Source: Candidatus Aenigmatarchaeota archaeon | GTDB lineage: Archaea; Aenigmatarchaeota; Aenigmatarchaeia; Aenigmatarchaeales; Aenigmatarchaeaceae | Reading direction: 5' to 3' | Assembly (NCBI GenBank): GCA_016933455.1 | Contig: JAFGAZ010000020.1 | Coordinates: forward strand, 119 to 64,118 | DNA: 64,000 nucleotides | Shown here: in pieces, positions 30,976 to 41,083 of the stretch | Layout: every line of letters begins with the position of its first letter | Numbering within the stretch: position 1 is the first letter of the stretch | Program-made: the position numbers and the translations under genes | Notes under the pieces: model-generated | Database searches by the model: none | The model's input: the letters and a program-made list of their open reading frames with translations, nothing else | What the model was told of the DNA's origin: nothing

Positions 30976-31944
30976 TTAAAAAATCCAGTCACTGTCAAAG
31001 GAAAATTGCTTTGGGGCAAGAATAGGCATTTTGCTTGCAAGCCCGACACCCAGCCAGCGGGCAAATCTCGAGGTTCTAATCTTTGTGCCGAATTTTAGCT
31101 TCAAGGAAGAATTGTACTTGGAAAAATTCGGAAAACTTTTGACAAGCATATCACCCGCCTCAAGCCCCCATATGACGCCGCCCCCGCTCCAGGGCTTTGT
31201 AAGGCCGATCGCATCACCGCACAGGGCCACGTTTCCCTTTGCAGCATCAACAAGACCCCCAGGTATCACATAAGAATATGTCTTTTTTGGCTTTGTCCTG
31301 TTCTTCTTGCAGAAATCCTTGTACATCTTGCTTGCAACATCAGGCATTTCCATTACACCAAATTCCACGGTTCCCTTTCTGGGTATTTTCCAGCAAAAGC
31401 CGTTTTCAGTTGGATAAATGTCAACAGTTTTTGAATCACCCTTTCTTTTGACATAGCCATAAATCCCTAATCGGTGTTTTGGTTGCTCTATGCCAACGCC
31501 TTTTCTCACAACAGAAAAGAAGCCATCGCAGCCAATAAGTCTGTCAAACTCTATGACTTTCTTTCCCACCTTGACCTGCGGCTTCATGCCCTTGACATTG
31601 TATACCATGTCGACCTCGGTTCCAAGCTTTATTTCAGCGCCAGCCTTTTCAGCCAAAGACGCAACATACTGGTCGAGCTTTTTTCTGTCAAGAATAAGCA
31701 TGTCAGGCCTGAATTTCAAAACAACTTCCTTTTTAGGGAAATGCAGCTTGGCCTCGTTTATATCATTGATGATTAGATTTTCGTTCTTTGGGATGTGATT
31801 CCACAGTCTTTTGGAAACTATGCCAGAGCACACGTCCTTGCCAACAACTTTCTTTTTCTCAAACACAGTCACTTTGTGCCTTTTTGCAAGCCTATATGCC
31901 AAATAGGCCCCGTTTATGCCGCATCCAACTATGCCGATTCTCAT
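30976..31944 (-). CDS. Geranylgeranyl reductase-family FAD oxidoreductase
   Basis: Start placed at MRIGIVGCGING; CSG, GCDG, GDAIGLTKPWSGGG. Confidence 0.85.
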   Translation of the reverse strand: MRIGIVGCGINGAYLAYRLAKRHKVTVFEKKKVVGKDVCSGIVSKRLWNHIPKNENLIINDINEAKLHFPKKEVVLKFRPDMLILDRKKLDQYVASLAEKAGAEIKLGTEVDMVYNVKGMKPQVKVGKKVIEFDRLIGCDGFFSVVRKGVGIEQPKHRLGIYGYVKRKGDSKTVDIYPTENGFCWKIPRKGTVEFGVMEMPDVASKMYKDFCKKNRTKPKKTYSYVIPGGLVDAAKGNVALCGDAIGLTKPWSGGGVIWGLEAGDMLVKSFPNFSKYNSSLKLKFGTKIRTSRFARWLGVGLASKMPILAPKQFSFDSDWIF

Positions 31945-31988
31945 ATTATCAAAAGCCTTAAAATAGTTTACTGACGTAACTATTTGAT

Positions 31989-32810
31989 ATGAATTATAAA
32001 CTATTGATTGCCGTCCCTTTAATTGTTTTGGCACTGTCAACAACTTATCTTTTGTGGAAGATGAGCACCGAGGGGCTAAGCCTAGACATCGACCTGAAAG
32101 GTGGAACGCAGATAATTGTTGAATCGGATACGCCTCTAAACGAGCAGTCAATAGAAGAGGTTCTTGACGAATATGATGTCAATGTAAGAATAGCGTCAGG
32201 TCTTACAGGGCATTCCGCATTCATAGAATTCGATGCCGAGATAGATTCTAATGATGTTCTGGAAACATTGGAAGGCGCAGGATACGAGTTCGAGGACTAT
32301 TCTGTTCAGACAGTAGGACCAAGCCTTGGAGCAGCATCAATGAACCAGGCAATCATAGTTCTAATAATAGCTTTCGCCTTCATGGCAACAACCATTCTTT
32401 TCATATTCAAGATACCGATTGTCAGCTTGTACGTCACTTTGTGCCCTGCATTCGACATAATAGGAACTCTTGCAATTTCACAACTACTTGGAATAAAACT
32501 TTCATTGGCTGGTTTTGCAGCGCTTCTCATGATAATAGGTTACTCTGTTGACGACGACGTCATGATAACAACAAGGGTGCTAAAAGGTGAGGGCAGCATA
32601 GACGAGAAGGTTAGGGGAAGTTACAAGACAAGCTTTACAACAACGGCGGCAACTCTTGTTGCCTTGGCAGCTTTATACGCAATGTCTTTGTCATCTGTTA
32701 TAACCCAGATAGCATCTATTCTGCTCATAGGTCTTATACTAGACCTTCAAAACACATGGCTCTTTGCAACGCCGTTGCTTAGGTGGCATGTTGAGAGGAA
32801 ATCAAAATGA
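31989..32810 (+). CDS. secF: Protein translocase subunit SecF
   Basis: IDLKGGT, VGPSLG, IGYSVDDD. Confidence 0.92.
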   Translation: MNYKLLIAVPLIVLALSTTYLLWKMSTEGLSLDIDLKGGTQIIVESDTPLNEQSIEEVLDEYDVNVRIASGLTGHSAFIEFDAEIDSNDVLETLEGAGYEFEDYSVQTVGPSLGAASMNQAIIVLIIAFAFMATTILFIFKIPIVSLYVTLCPAFDIIGTLAISQLLGIKLSLAGFAALLMIIGYSVDDDVMITTRVLKGEGSIDEKVRGSYKTSFTTTAATLVALAALYAMSLSSVITQIASILLIGLILDLQNTWLFATPLLRWHVERKSK

Positions 32811-34483
32811 AATTCGACTTGTTAAAGAACTGGAGAATACTGATAATGATATTCGCAGTGCTACTTTCAATTCTTCTAATTGACCCGTTCCCCAAGTCAG
32901 GCGTCCTAATAACATCAGTTTCAAAGGAGTCGCCCTTCTACGGCACTGTTCAGGCAGGCGAGTACATAACATGGGCAAACGAAAGGGAGATTAGAACTCC
33001 TGATGATTTTTACATCTTCGAGGGCTTTGTCGGAAGCTTTAGGCTAATACACGACGGTGACCTTTCGATAGTCGGATTCGAACAAGGCGACGAGCTCGGC
33101 ATTGTTGTTGAAAAACCAGCGTCAACCAACCTTCAATTCGGCCTTGACCTTGTGGGAGGAACAAGAGTTCTGCTAAGACCGATGGAGAACGTGTCTAACG
33201 CCGAGATGCAGCAGATAGTCGGGACATTGGAGACAAGAATCAATGTCTTTGGTTTGAAAGAGGCAAAGTTCCAGACAATAAACGACGTTTCAGGGGAAAA
33301 GTACGTACAGATAGAAATGGCTGGAGGCTCAAAGGCAGAGGTCGAGAACCTTCTGGCAAAGCAGGGCAAGTTCGAGGGAAAGGTCCCAAGAAACATCATA
33401 TTTACCAATAACAGCGGCGAGCTTGAACTAGACACTATTCACACAATAAATCTTGTAGGAGATTCCATAAGGGTTGACGGGGAAACTTTGCAAGTAAACG
33501 ACACATCCGTGATGGACGGCGTCAACTACAAGGTTCTAAACATAACAGACGAGGGAGCTGTCTTGATGTTTACCATATTCACAGGAGCAGACATACAGTC
33601 AGTGTGCCTGCAGGACCAGCAGGGCATTTGCGTTTCAAGGGTTATCCAGCAAAGCGGCGGATGGGAGTTCAACTTCCAGGTTTTTGTAACAGAGGAGAGC
33701 GCTGAAAAGTTCGCCAAGATCACAAAGACCATGAAGGTTTTGACAAACACAGGTGGCAGCAGCTACCTAGAGAACAACATTTACCTTTTCCTAGATGACG
33801 GAATAATAACCGACCTTGGCATATCTTCCGATCTCAAGGGAAAGACTTTGACATCGCCTGCAATAACAGGCTTTAGGCCAACAAGAATAGAGGCATACGA
33901 AGAGCAGCTCATGCTAAAGAGCATCCTGCAGTCGGGTGCCTTGCCAGTAACTCTTGAAACAATCAAGATAGACGAGATATCTGCAAACCTTGGTAGCGAA
34001 TTCTTCAGGGAGGCGTTGGTTGCAGGCATTATAGCGGTCACAGCTGTTATGACTATTATTTTCATAAGATACAGGAATTTCAAGATAATGGGGCAGATGC
34101 TTGTATGGAGCGCATGCGAGCTGATAATTACTTTGGGCACAGCTGCTTTGTTCAAATGGACAATTGATCTTTCATCTATAGCAGGTCTTATCGCTGCAAT
34201 AGGAACGGGAACAAACGACCAGGTCATAATGATAGACGAGATTCTTACAGGCGGAGGCACCAAGGACAACTACACGGTGTCGCAGAGGATAAAGAGGTCG
34301 TTCTTCATAGTGTTTAGCGCAGCAGGAACAATAATAGCAGCAATGGTGCCCTTGATGTTCATAGGCATAGGCTCGATGAAGGGCTTTGCCATAATAACCA
34401 CCATGGGTGTTCTAATCGGTGTGTTCATAACAAGGCCCCCGTTCGCAACAGTGGCAGAGAAGATACTTGTCAAGGAAGAGTAA
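32807..34483 (+). CDS. secD: Protein translocase subunit SecD
   Basis: GLDLVGG, RINVFGL, LQSGALP, IGTGTNDQ, KGFA. Confidence 0.92.
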   Translation: MKFDLLKNWRILIMIFAVLLSILLIDPFPKSGVLITSVSKESPFYGTVQAGEYITWANEREIRTPDDFYIFEGFVGSFRLIHDGDLSIVGFEQGDELGIVVEKPASTNLQFGLDLVGGTRVLLRPMENVSNAEMQQIVGTLETRINVFGLKEAKFQTINDVSGEKYVQIEMAGGSKAEVENLLAKQGKFEGKVPRNIIFTNNSGELELDTIHTINLVGDSIRVDGETLQVNDTSVMDGVNYKVLNITDEGAVLMFTIFTGADIQSVCLQDQQGICVSRVIQQSGGWEFNFQVFVTEESAEKFAKITKTMKVLTNTGGSSYLENNIYLFLDDGIITDLGISSDLKGKTLTSPAITGFRPTRIEAYEEQLMLKSILQSGALPVTLETIKIDEISANLGSEFFREALVAGIIAVTAVMTIIFIRYRNFKIMGQMLVWSACELIITLGTAALFKWTIDLSSIAGLIAAIGTGTNDQVIMIDEILTGGGTKDNYTVSQRIKRSFFIVFSAAGTIIAAMVPLMFIGIGSMKGFAIITTMGVLIGVFITRPPFATVAEKILVKEE

Positions 34484-34535
34484 CCACTTTAGGTAGTTAA
34501 CCTTGTTCTTTTCAATGTAGTTTGAATTCTCAATC

Positions 34536-35741
34536 ATGATTGACCTGCTTCTAGCCTTGGCACTGGGCATTGGCTTTGGGATTGTGGCAGGTCTTTTGCC
34601 AGGGCTTCATCCAAACAACACAATACCAATCATATTGGGACTTTCGTTTATCCTCGGCCCTCTGCCCACTGCGATAATTCTTGTAACGTCGGGTGTTTCA
34701 AATTCATTCATCAACTTCATACCGTCGATTCTTCTGGGCGCTCCTGAGGATTCCACTGCATTGGGAGTTCTGCCAGGCCACAGGCTCCTGATGAAAGGAA
34801 GGGGTTATGAGGCAATCAAGCTCTGCGTTATAGGGTGTCTTGGAGGCGTTGCGTTCTCTGTACTAACCCTTCCCATTTTCATTTTTGTTATACCAAAATT
34901 GTACGAAGCAATAAGGCAGCACGTTCACTGGCTGCTAATAGCTGTGATTGGATACATGTTGCTTTCAGAAAAGGGAAAGAACAAGCTGATATGCCTTGGT
35001 ATTTTTCTAATGTCAGGATTTCTTGGTCTTATAGTTCTAAACAATTATGCTGACAGCGCCTTGTTTCCTTTGCTAACAGGAATTTTTGGAATGCCTATGC
35101 TTTTGTTATCAATATTTGAAAAAACAAAATTGCCGGCTTCTTTTAGTTTCGAGGAGGAAAAGATAGAAAGAAAGACTTTGCTTTCATGCATAGGTGTTGG
35201 AAGCATAGGCGGTATCATAGCGGGTCTGCTTCCTGGGCTTGGCGCAACGCAGTCTACAATGCTAACGCAAAATGTGTTGGGAAGGCAAGACGAAAGCGGA
35301 AGGAACTTTCTGATATCAATAGGAGCTATAACCACTTGCGACATTGTTTATTCGATTCTGTCTTTGTGGCTTATAGGAAACCCGAGATCCGGAATAGCTG
35401 TGGGTGTTAGCCAGCTAATGGAAGTTGGCATGAAAGAGACCATGATGTTCATAGCAATGATAGTGATAACAGCAGGCATATCGACTATTCTAACTCTTAA
35501 GATGACTAGAATTTCATTAAGGTTCCTTGGAAAAATAGATTACCAGAAGCTTTGCTTGTACACGACAATATTTCTTTTCATTCTTACTTTCATTTTCTCG
35601 GGAATGGTGGGCATGCTGATATTTGCAGTGTCGATAGCAGTAGGGATGATACCAAATTTGCTGAACGTAAGAAGAACCTACGGCATGGGATGTCTGATAC
35701 TGCCATGCATGCTATTCTTCATGGGAATATCACTACTTTAG
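34536..35741 (+). CDS. TctA-like (DUF112) permease
   Basis: Internal repeat AGLLPGL x2, LPGH, PRSG; multi-TM. Confidence 0.85.
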   Translation: MIDLLLALALGIGFGIVAGLLPGLHPNNTIPIILGLSFILGPLPTAIILVTSGVSNSFINFIPSILLGAPEDSTALGVLPGHRLLMKGRGYEAIKLCVIGCLGGVAFSVLTLPIFIFVIPKLYEAIRQHVHWLLIAVIGYMLLSEKGKNKLICLGIFLMSGFLGLIVLNNYADSALFPLLTGIFGMPMLLLSIFEKTKLPASFSFEEEKIERKTLLSCIGVGSIGGIIAGLLPGLGATQSTMLTQNVLGRQDESGRNFLISIGAITTCDIVYSILSLWLIGNPRSGIAVGVSQLMEVGMKETMMFIAMIVITAGISTILTLKMTRISLRFLGKIDYQKLCLYTTIFLFILTFIFSGMVGMLIFAVSIAVGMIPNLLNVRRTYGMGCLILPCMLFFMGISLL

Positions 35742-36317
35742 CATTATATCCCTTATTTCCTTTGTGAGTATCACAAGCTTCGTCTTGCCTCTGCTTTCAG
35801 TCTCTATAACACCCTTCATCTCAAGATTCTTTATTGCCCTGTGGGTCTTTAGCTTGTTCATGCCCTCTATTCGGCTTATCTCGGACTGCAAGACCTCGCC
35901 GTTCCTTTTGATCAGCCTTTCTAGAACCTTTCTTTCATTAAAGTTTAGCAGCTTTAGTACGGCGTCCTTGTTCATGGTTCCATTCATGTTCTTCGTCTTG
36001 ATGCTACTCTTTCCTGACATCTTGAGCATTAGCTTCATGTTCTTCTCAAGCTTTCTTTCTAGTCTCTGTGAGATGAAATAGTAAGAAACCGGTATTACTG
36101 CTATTAGCAAAAGAAGGGGCGATAGTCCTATTCTGTATTCAAAAGGTATTGGCATTCTGGGTCCCGGTCTCATGAAACCCTGCGTCTGATTCTGGCTGTT
36201 TGTTTGGAATGCGTCAACCAAGTTAAAGTAAAACACAATAATAAAACACAGTATAGAAATTATCGATATTATCAGTAGTATTTTTTTGTTTGTCATGTTG
36301 ATAATGACATTTGACAT
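35733..36317 (-). CDS. Membrane-anchored winged-HTH regulator
   Basis: Two TM segments followed by ERKVL...QSEI...KTHRAIKNLEMKGVI..ESRGKTK. Confidence 0.8.
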   Translation of the reverse strand: MSNVIINMTNKKILLIISIISILCFIIVFYFNLVDAFQTNSQNQTQGFMRPGPRMPIPFEYRIGLSPLLLLIAVIPVSYYFISQRLERKLEKNMKLMLKMSGKSSIKTKNMNGTMNKDAVLKLLNFNERKVLERLIKRNGEVLQSEISRIEGMNKLKTHRAIKNLEMKGVIETESRGKTKLVILTKEIRDIMLK

Positions 36318-36335
36318 TTTATAAAGTTTCCAATC

Positions 36336-36385
36336 TATGAAACCGTGAAAAACGGTTTCATAAACCCTTTATATACGGTTTCATT
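36336..36385. promoter_or_regulatory. Inverted-repeat operator between divergent genes
   Basis: TATGAAACCGT-GAAAA-ACGGTTTCATA (36336-36362) plus a third half-site ACGGTTTCATT (36375-36385) abutting TTTATATA. Confidence 0.7.
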
Positions 36386-36414
36386 CATATGAAACTTCAT
36401 TCGGAGGTGAAAAT

Positions 36415-36888
36415 ATGAAAAAAGCAGCAATTATGACAGCAATTGTACTTGGTATGGTTGCAGTAAGCGGGACCGCCTTTGCTTTTAACGGCGGTTTCAA
36501 AACGGAAAACAACGAAGCAGTAAGAGATGCATTGAAAACGAACGACTACAATGCATGGAGATTGGCTATGGAAGAAACTCTGACAGAGGAAAATTTCAAC
36601 CAAATGGTTGAAATGAATCAGAACAGAGAAAGAATAAGGCTAAACATGGAAGATGCAAATCAAGCGTTGGAAAACGGGGACTATGATGCTTGGAAGGCTG
36701 CCATGGAGAACTGTGAAAGGCAAAGAACAGACATGTCAGAAGTGACCCAAGAGCAGTTTGCGATCATGATGCAGATTCGTGAGGCAAGGCAAAACAAAGA
36801 CTTTGACACTGCAGCAGAACTCGGCCAAGAACTAGGCTTCGACTTTGGATTTGGAATGGGAAGAATGGAAAGAAAAATGAGACCGTAG
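36415..36888 (+). CDS. Secreted helical protein of unknown function
   Basis: GGAGGTGA RBS; signal peptide; internal repeat ALKTNDYNAWRLAME / ALENGDYDAWKAAME. Confidence 0.75.
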   Translation: MKKAAIMTAIVLGMVAVSGTAFAFNGGFKTENNEAVRDALKTNDYNAWRLAMEETLTEENFNQMVEMNQNRERIRLNMEDANQALENGDYDAWKAAMENCERQRTDMSEVTQEQFAIMMQIREARQNKDFDTAAELGQELGFDFGFGMGRMERKMRP

Positions 36889-36899
36889 CATCTCCCTTT

Positions 36900-36942
36900 T
36901 GGGTTGGAAATTATTGGTCTCAACCCATTCTTTTATTTTATT
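36900..36942 (+). terminator. Hairpin plus T-tract terminator
   Basis: TGGGTTG...CAACCCA followed by TTCTTTTATTTT between convergent genes. Confidence 0.5.
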
Positions 36943-36951
36943 AAAATTGGT

Positions 36952-37848
36952 TCAGCAAATTGTTCCGTGTCCAATTATCCTTGGCAAGATGTTGTTTTGA
37001 GAAGCGATTATACATCTCTGATTATTTGTGCATGCTATTGTTTGGTCTGACTTTAATTCTAAAATTTCCCCTACCTTTATGACGTTGAAAGATATTACCT
37101 GAACGCCTATGGAAACGAAAAGGTCCATGCCTTCCTTTATTTCCTGCCTGAAGAATTTGTTCTTCTCGAATTTTATTTTCAATTCGTTTGTTTTTTCGAT
37201 TTTATTGCACAAAACATAGCCCCTTTTTATTTCATCTGCAGAAACTCCCTTGAGATTCAAACCCACACGCATACCCATTTCAGTTTCCTTGTAATCCTTG
37301 TCCTGTGACTGTATTCCCTTTACAGTAACTTCCCTGCCCAAAGGCTCCATCATAAGCTTGTCGTGCAAAGAAACATTCTCTCCCTTTACTGTTCCTAATA
37401 CGACAGTTCCTATTCCCTTTACATTGAAATAATTGTCAATTGGTATCATTACAGAATCGTATTTCTTCTCGAACTTTGTCTCAAGTAATTTCTGGCGCAG
37501 TTCGCTTTCCTCTATCATCTCGAATTTCTCAAGGCTGGTGTTTTTTATGAAATCCTTCACATTCTCCTTTAGCTCTGTTATTATAAAGCCCTTTTCAAAT
37601 TTCATCTCGTCTATTCCTATTATCGTTTCGCCAATCTCCTTTGTTAAATTCTTGACAACAAGAACGGGAACATCTATCATGTTTAGAACGTAAAGCAAAG
37701 ACTGCACTTTTTCTGAATTTGGGCATACGTATGTAAAAACGCCTTCAGAGCTGCCATGATTATAGATGGTAATGTCGTTTGTGGTTCCCTTCTTTCCCAT
37801 CTTCTTTGCCAATTCATGGTCCCCGAATATACCCACTGTTAAATGCAT
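36952..37848 (-). CDS. SelB-like elongation-factor homolog with degenerate G domain (aSelBL-type)
   Basis: GKKGTTNDIT N-terminus without a canonical P-loop; IDNYFNVKGIGTVVLG EF-Tu domain II; RIIGHG. Confidence 0.82.
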   Translation of the reverse strand: MHLTVGIFGDHELAKKMGKKGTTNDITIYNHGSSEGVFTYVCPNSEKVQSLLYVLNMIDVPVLVVKNLTKEIGETIIGIDEMKFEKGFIITELKENVKDFIKNTSLEKFEMIEESELRQKLLETKFEKKYDSVMIPIDNYFNVKGIGTVVLGTVKGENVSLHDKLMMEPLGREVTVKGIQSQDKDYKETEMGMRVGLNLKGVSADEIKRGYVLCNKIEKTNELKIKFEKNKFFRQEIKEGMDLFVSIGVQVISFNVIKVGEILELKSDQTIACTNNQRCIIASQNNILPRIIGHGTIC

Positions 37849-37924
37849 CTATATTCTTTGTAAGCAAAAGTAAATAACCTTTTCTAATGAGGATTTTATA
37901 TGCTTGCAAGTTCTTGATTTATTT

Positions 37925-38239
37925 ATGTCTTTGAAAAACATTCAAGAAGACGTTGACAAGTGGATATCCCAGTGGAAGGTGGGTTACTTTGAACCATTCG
38001 AAGCCTTGGCGTGCATGATGGAGGAAACCGGCGAGGTTTCAAGGGAAATAAACCACATGTTCGGGCCGAAAAAGAAAAAATCAACAGAAGAGAAAAAGGA
38101 TCTGGCAGATGAGCTTGCAGACACGATATTTACAATATGCTGCATAGCAAACCCTCTTGGAATAGACCTTGACGAGGCCTGGAAAAGGATGCTAGACAAG
38201 TTCAACACACGCGACAAGGAAAGGCTGGAAAGAAAATAG
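37925..38239 (+). CDS. MazG-like nucleotide pyrophosphohydrolase
   Basis: EETGEVSRE, ELAD, RDKER. Confidence 0.88.
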   Translation: MSLKNIQEDVDKWISQWKVGYFEPFEALACMMEETGEVSREINHMFGPKKKKSTEEKKDLADELADTIFTICCIANPLGIDLDEAWKRMLDKFNTRDKERLERK

Positions 38240-38240
38240 T

Positions 38241-40904
38241 TCAGTTGCCAAAATCAACTGTCTTTCCTATTGATCCGCTGTCAGAAAAATAAAGCGTGCC
38301 AGAGCATTTTGGACACTTGCCGGTCAACGACGGTCTTCTAAAGTTCCAGTCGCAGTTCTTGCAGGCAATAGTTTCATAGTTCTTCAGAACAATTTCATCA
38401 GGCGACGGCTCCTTTTTCTTCTTGCCGCTAAGAATGTCAAGAAGGTTCTGCTGCCTGACCCCCTCTATTAGTTCAGACGGTGTTATGTCGCAAACCTCAA
38501 ACACCCTTTCCAATGGAGGCAAAAGCTGGTTGTGGATATAATAGTCGGAATCTATCTGCAACCCCCTTTGCTTAACCCACTTGGGCTCCTCTGCTCTTTT
38601 TGAGAGCATCTGATTGCCCTTGATTATGACGTATTCTATCCTAGAACCTATCACAGAACGCGTCTTGTCTCTTTTCACTATCTTCTTTGCAAGCTCCACA
38701 TGGGGCTGCATGCCGTTGTACTCTTCGAACGGCTTTGTTATGCCCTTTGTTATGGACAGTCTCTCCAAAGGTATCTTGCCGTCAGCAAGGTCCTTTATTA
38801 TTCCCCTCACGAACTTTGTTGCCTTCTTCATGTCCTTTTCCTTGAGTATTATGTTGAGTGTCTCAAGCATTGTTTCTGAAACAAGCGTGCACCAGTCCCT
38901 TCTCACAGTCTCTATTCCCTTCATGTCTATTTTTCCCTTCCACTCGCCGGCAATCTGCTCGAATGCCCAACCCGCATATCTTTTCTTGGCTTCTATTAGG
39001 AATGTCTTGTAGGTCTTTTCGAATTTCAGGTCCAATCCGAAAAGCTGGTCAGAAATAAAATCAGATATCTCGCTGCCAAATCTCCTGGACTCGTCAAGCT
39101 CCTTTATGTCAGTTATCAAAAATACGGAATCTGTGTCCGCGTAGATGACCTTGGCCTTGTAATTTTTTTCTATAAGTTCTCTTGTCTTGATTATGGTATC
39201 CCTTCCCCAGGCAGTTATGGAATTGGCAATGTCCATTAGAAACAGCCTTGATCTTGCATAGCCCGTGTAACCATACAAAGAATTGACCAGAGTCTTAAGA
39301 GCCAACTGCTTGGCATCAAGTATTCTTCTCTTTTCCTTGTCGGTTTCTGTTTTCAGTATTTTCTTGACAGCTGCCCTGGATTTCAGATACTCGTCAACTA
39401 TGGAAGGAATAACTCCCCTTCTAACGTTTTCCTTGACGAACTTTGAACCGTAAGGGGACTCGTAATGATCTATCTTCTCGCTCTTATCTAGCATGAAGGT
39501 CGTTGTGCAAATGTTCAAGGCATTAATCATCGACGGGTACATGCTGGTAAAGTCAAGACATATGACCCATTCATGAAAACCCACTGTTGGCTCAAGAACT
39601 ATTGCGCCTTTAAGGGTCTGTCCTTCCAGGGAAACATTTCTTGGCTTGCATGGCATAACATACCCTCTGACAAAGAACTCGCGAAGAAGCTTGACCTCGT
39701 GCCTTTGCGACTGACCGCCTAGGCTGTCTTGCAGAAGAACGCCCGATATCTTTGATATTTCAAAGAACTTGTCCATAAGCCTTTTCTCAATGACAAGGCG
39801 CTTGACCAAAACAGCATCAACCCTTGCGTATTCTACGAACTTGTCAAGCCCAATTCCCCTATACCAGGCATCATGAATCTTCTCGAACATGTTGCCCTCA
39901 AGGTCTATCTTACTAACACCGAGCATTTTATCTGATATCGTGCTAAGGTCGTATCTCTTGAAACGAACCCACGGGTCTCTCTTGTATATTGCATAAGTGT
40001 CGACTATGGTCCTGCCTGAAACATAGGGTATGAAGCCGTTTTGTATTTTCCTGCAATATGCCTGCTTGTCTGTTCTTCCAATATCCTTTGACATGCCAAG
40101 CCTTGTCATTCTTTCAACTATGAATGGCAAATCGAAGCCGTTTATGTTGTGACCGCAAACAATGTCAGGGTCGTACTCATCCATTATCTCCTTGAACCTC
40201 TCAAGCATCGCCTTCTCATCATCACAAACAACAATGTTCTTGCCTTTGGCATACTTTGTCAGCAACACGAGGTCGTTTTTGCCTTTGTATGGCTCGGAAA
40301 AAGCAAAACTCATTACTATTATTGTGTCCTTGTCTGGTGTTGGAATTCTTTCCTCTTCTGGCAAACACTCTATGTCCAGGGCCATGTATTTTATGGGCAC
40401 ATTCTCCATCTTGTCTAATGGCTTTATGGACTTGGCATCAAACGCCGCGCACTTGACAGTGCTTGTCCTGATATAGTTGCCCTCAACTTCCATCCATCCC
40501 ATACCCTTGAGCCCGAAATCGGCCATGAACCTGTACTTGAACAAGACATCTGCTTCATATGGGGTGCCAAACATCCTCACATAATCTCTTATCTCAGGGG
40601 TCTTGGCAGGATTTGTGCCTGTTATCTTGAGAATCTTCGAAGGAGGCTGGTATCCCATGGGTATTATTTTCTCAACAACCTCCATTTGAAGGTCCGGATA
40701 CTTTTTCAGTATCTTCTTTTTTATTTCATCATAGTTGCCTTCCTTGGAATGCAGATAGAAATACGGCATAAAGTCGTTATAGAAAACGCATATGGATTTT
40801 CCTTCCTTTGTCTTGCCAAAAATCCTAACAACAGGCTTCTTGTTGTTTAAAAGAATGTAATCGCAATCAAGAATCTGGACTTCCATAGTGTCCTTATTAG
40901 TCAT
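38241..40904 (-). CDS. polB: Family B DNA polymerase with C-terminal Zn finger
   Basis: Exonuclease DIE / NINGFDLPF / YARVD; polymerase DFTSMYPS, KTLVNSLYG, YADTDS, KKRY; PIP-like QQNLLDIL; CKNC-x12-CPKC tail. Confidence 0.96.
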   Translation of the reverse strand: MTNKDTMEVQILDCDYILLNNKKPVVRIFGKTKEGKSICVFYNDFMPYFYLHSKEGNYDEIKKKILKKYPDLQMEVVEKIIPMGYQPPSKILKITGTNPAKTPEIRDYVRMFGTPYEADVLFKYRFMADFGLKGMGWMEVEGNYIRTSTVKCAAFDAKSIKPLDKMENVPIKYMALDIECLPEEERIPTPDKDTIIVMSFAFSEPYKGKNDLVLLTKYAKGKNIVVCDDEKAMLERFKEIMDEYDPDIVCGHNINGFDLPFIVERMTRLGMSKDIGRTDKQAYCRKIQNGFIPYVSGRTIVDTYAIYKRDPWVRFKRYDLSTISDKMLGVSKIDLEGNMFEKIHDAWYRGIGLDKFVEYARVDAVLVKRLVIEKRLMDKFFEISKISGVLLQDSLGGQSQRHEVKLLREFFVRGYVMPCKPRNVSLEGQTLKGAIVLEPTVGFHEWVICLDFTSMYPSMINALNICTTTFMLDKSEKIDHYESPYGSKFVKENVRRGVIPSIVDEYLKSRAAVKKILKTETDKEKRRILDAKQLALKTLVNSLYGYTGYARSRLFLMDIANSITAWGRDTIIKTRELIEKNYKAKVIYADTDSVFLITDIKELDESRRFGSEISDFISDQLFGLDLKFEKTYKTFLIEAKKRYAGWAFEQIAGEWKGKIDMKGIETVRRDWCTLVSETMLETLNIILKEKDMKKATKFVRGIIKDLADGKIPLERLSITKGITKPFEEYNGMQPHVELAKKIVKRDKTRSVIGSRIEYVIIKGNQMLSKRAEEPKWVKQRGLQIDSDYYIHNQLLPPLERVFEVCDITPSELIEGVRQQNLLDILSGKKKKEPSPDEIVLKNYETIACKNCDWNFRRPSLTGKCPKCSGTLYFSDSGSIGKTVDFGN

Positions 40905-40938
40905 GGAAACTTAAAGGCTTTTTGGTCCAAATAAAAGT

Positions 40939-41082
40939 ATGACATCACAATTATTATCAATGGAAAAAAACGGTCTTATCACGCCAGAATTTGTGTCTGA
41001 TTTGGAAAAGAAAGCAAAGAATTATAATCAGGATGTTATATCCAAGCTAGGCTATTATAAAATCCAAGAAAAGACGCAATAA
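40939..41082 (+). CDS. Small orphan ORF (47 aa)
   Basis: Manual translation MTSQLLSMEKNGLITPEFVSDLEKKAKNYNQDVISKLGYYKIQEKTQ*; exactly fills the gap between two genes. Confidence 0.4.
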   Translation: MTSQLLSMEKNGLITPEFVSDLEKKAKNYNQDVISKLGYYKIQEKTQ

Positions 41083-41083
41083 A

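Noticed and set aside
36952..37848. Selenocysteine elongation factor SelB
   Set aside because: It lacks a canonical GTPase P-loop and is too short; it fits the known SelB-like archaeal family, and no Sec machinery is seen.
38241..40904. Inteins in polB (also checked nrdD, radA, cdc6)
   Set aside because: Lengths are normal, conserved motifs are contiguous, and no intein junction or LAGLIDADG motifs were seen.
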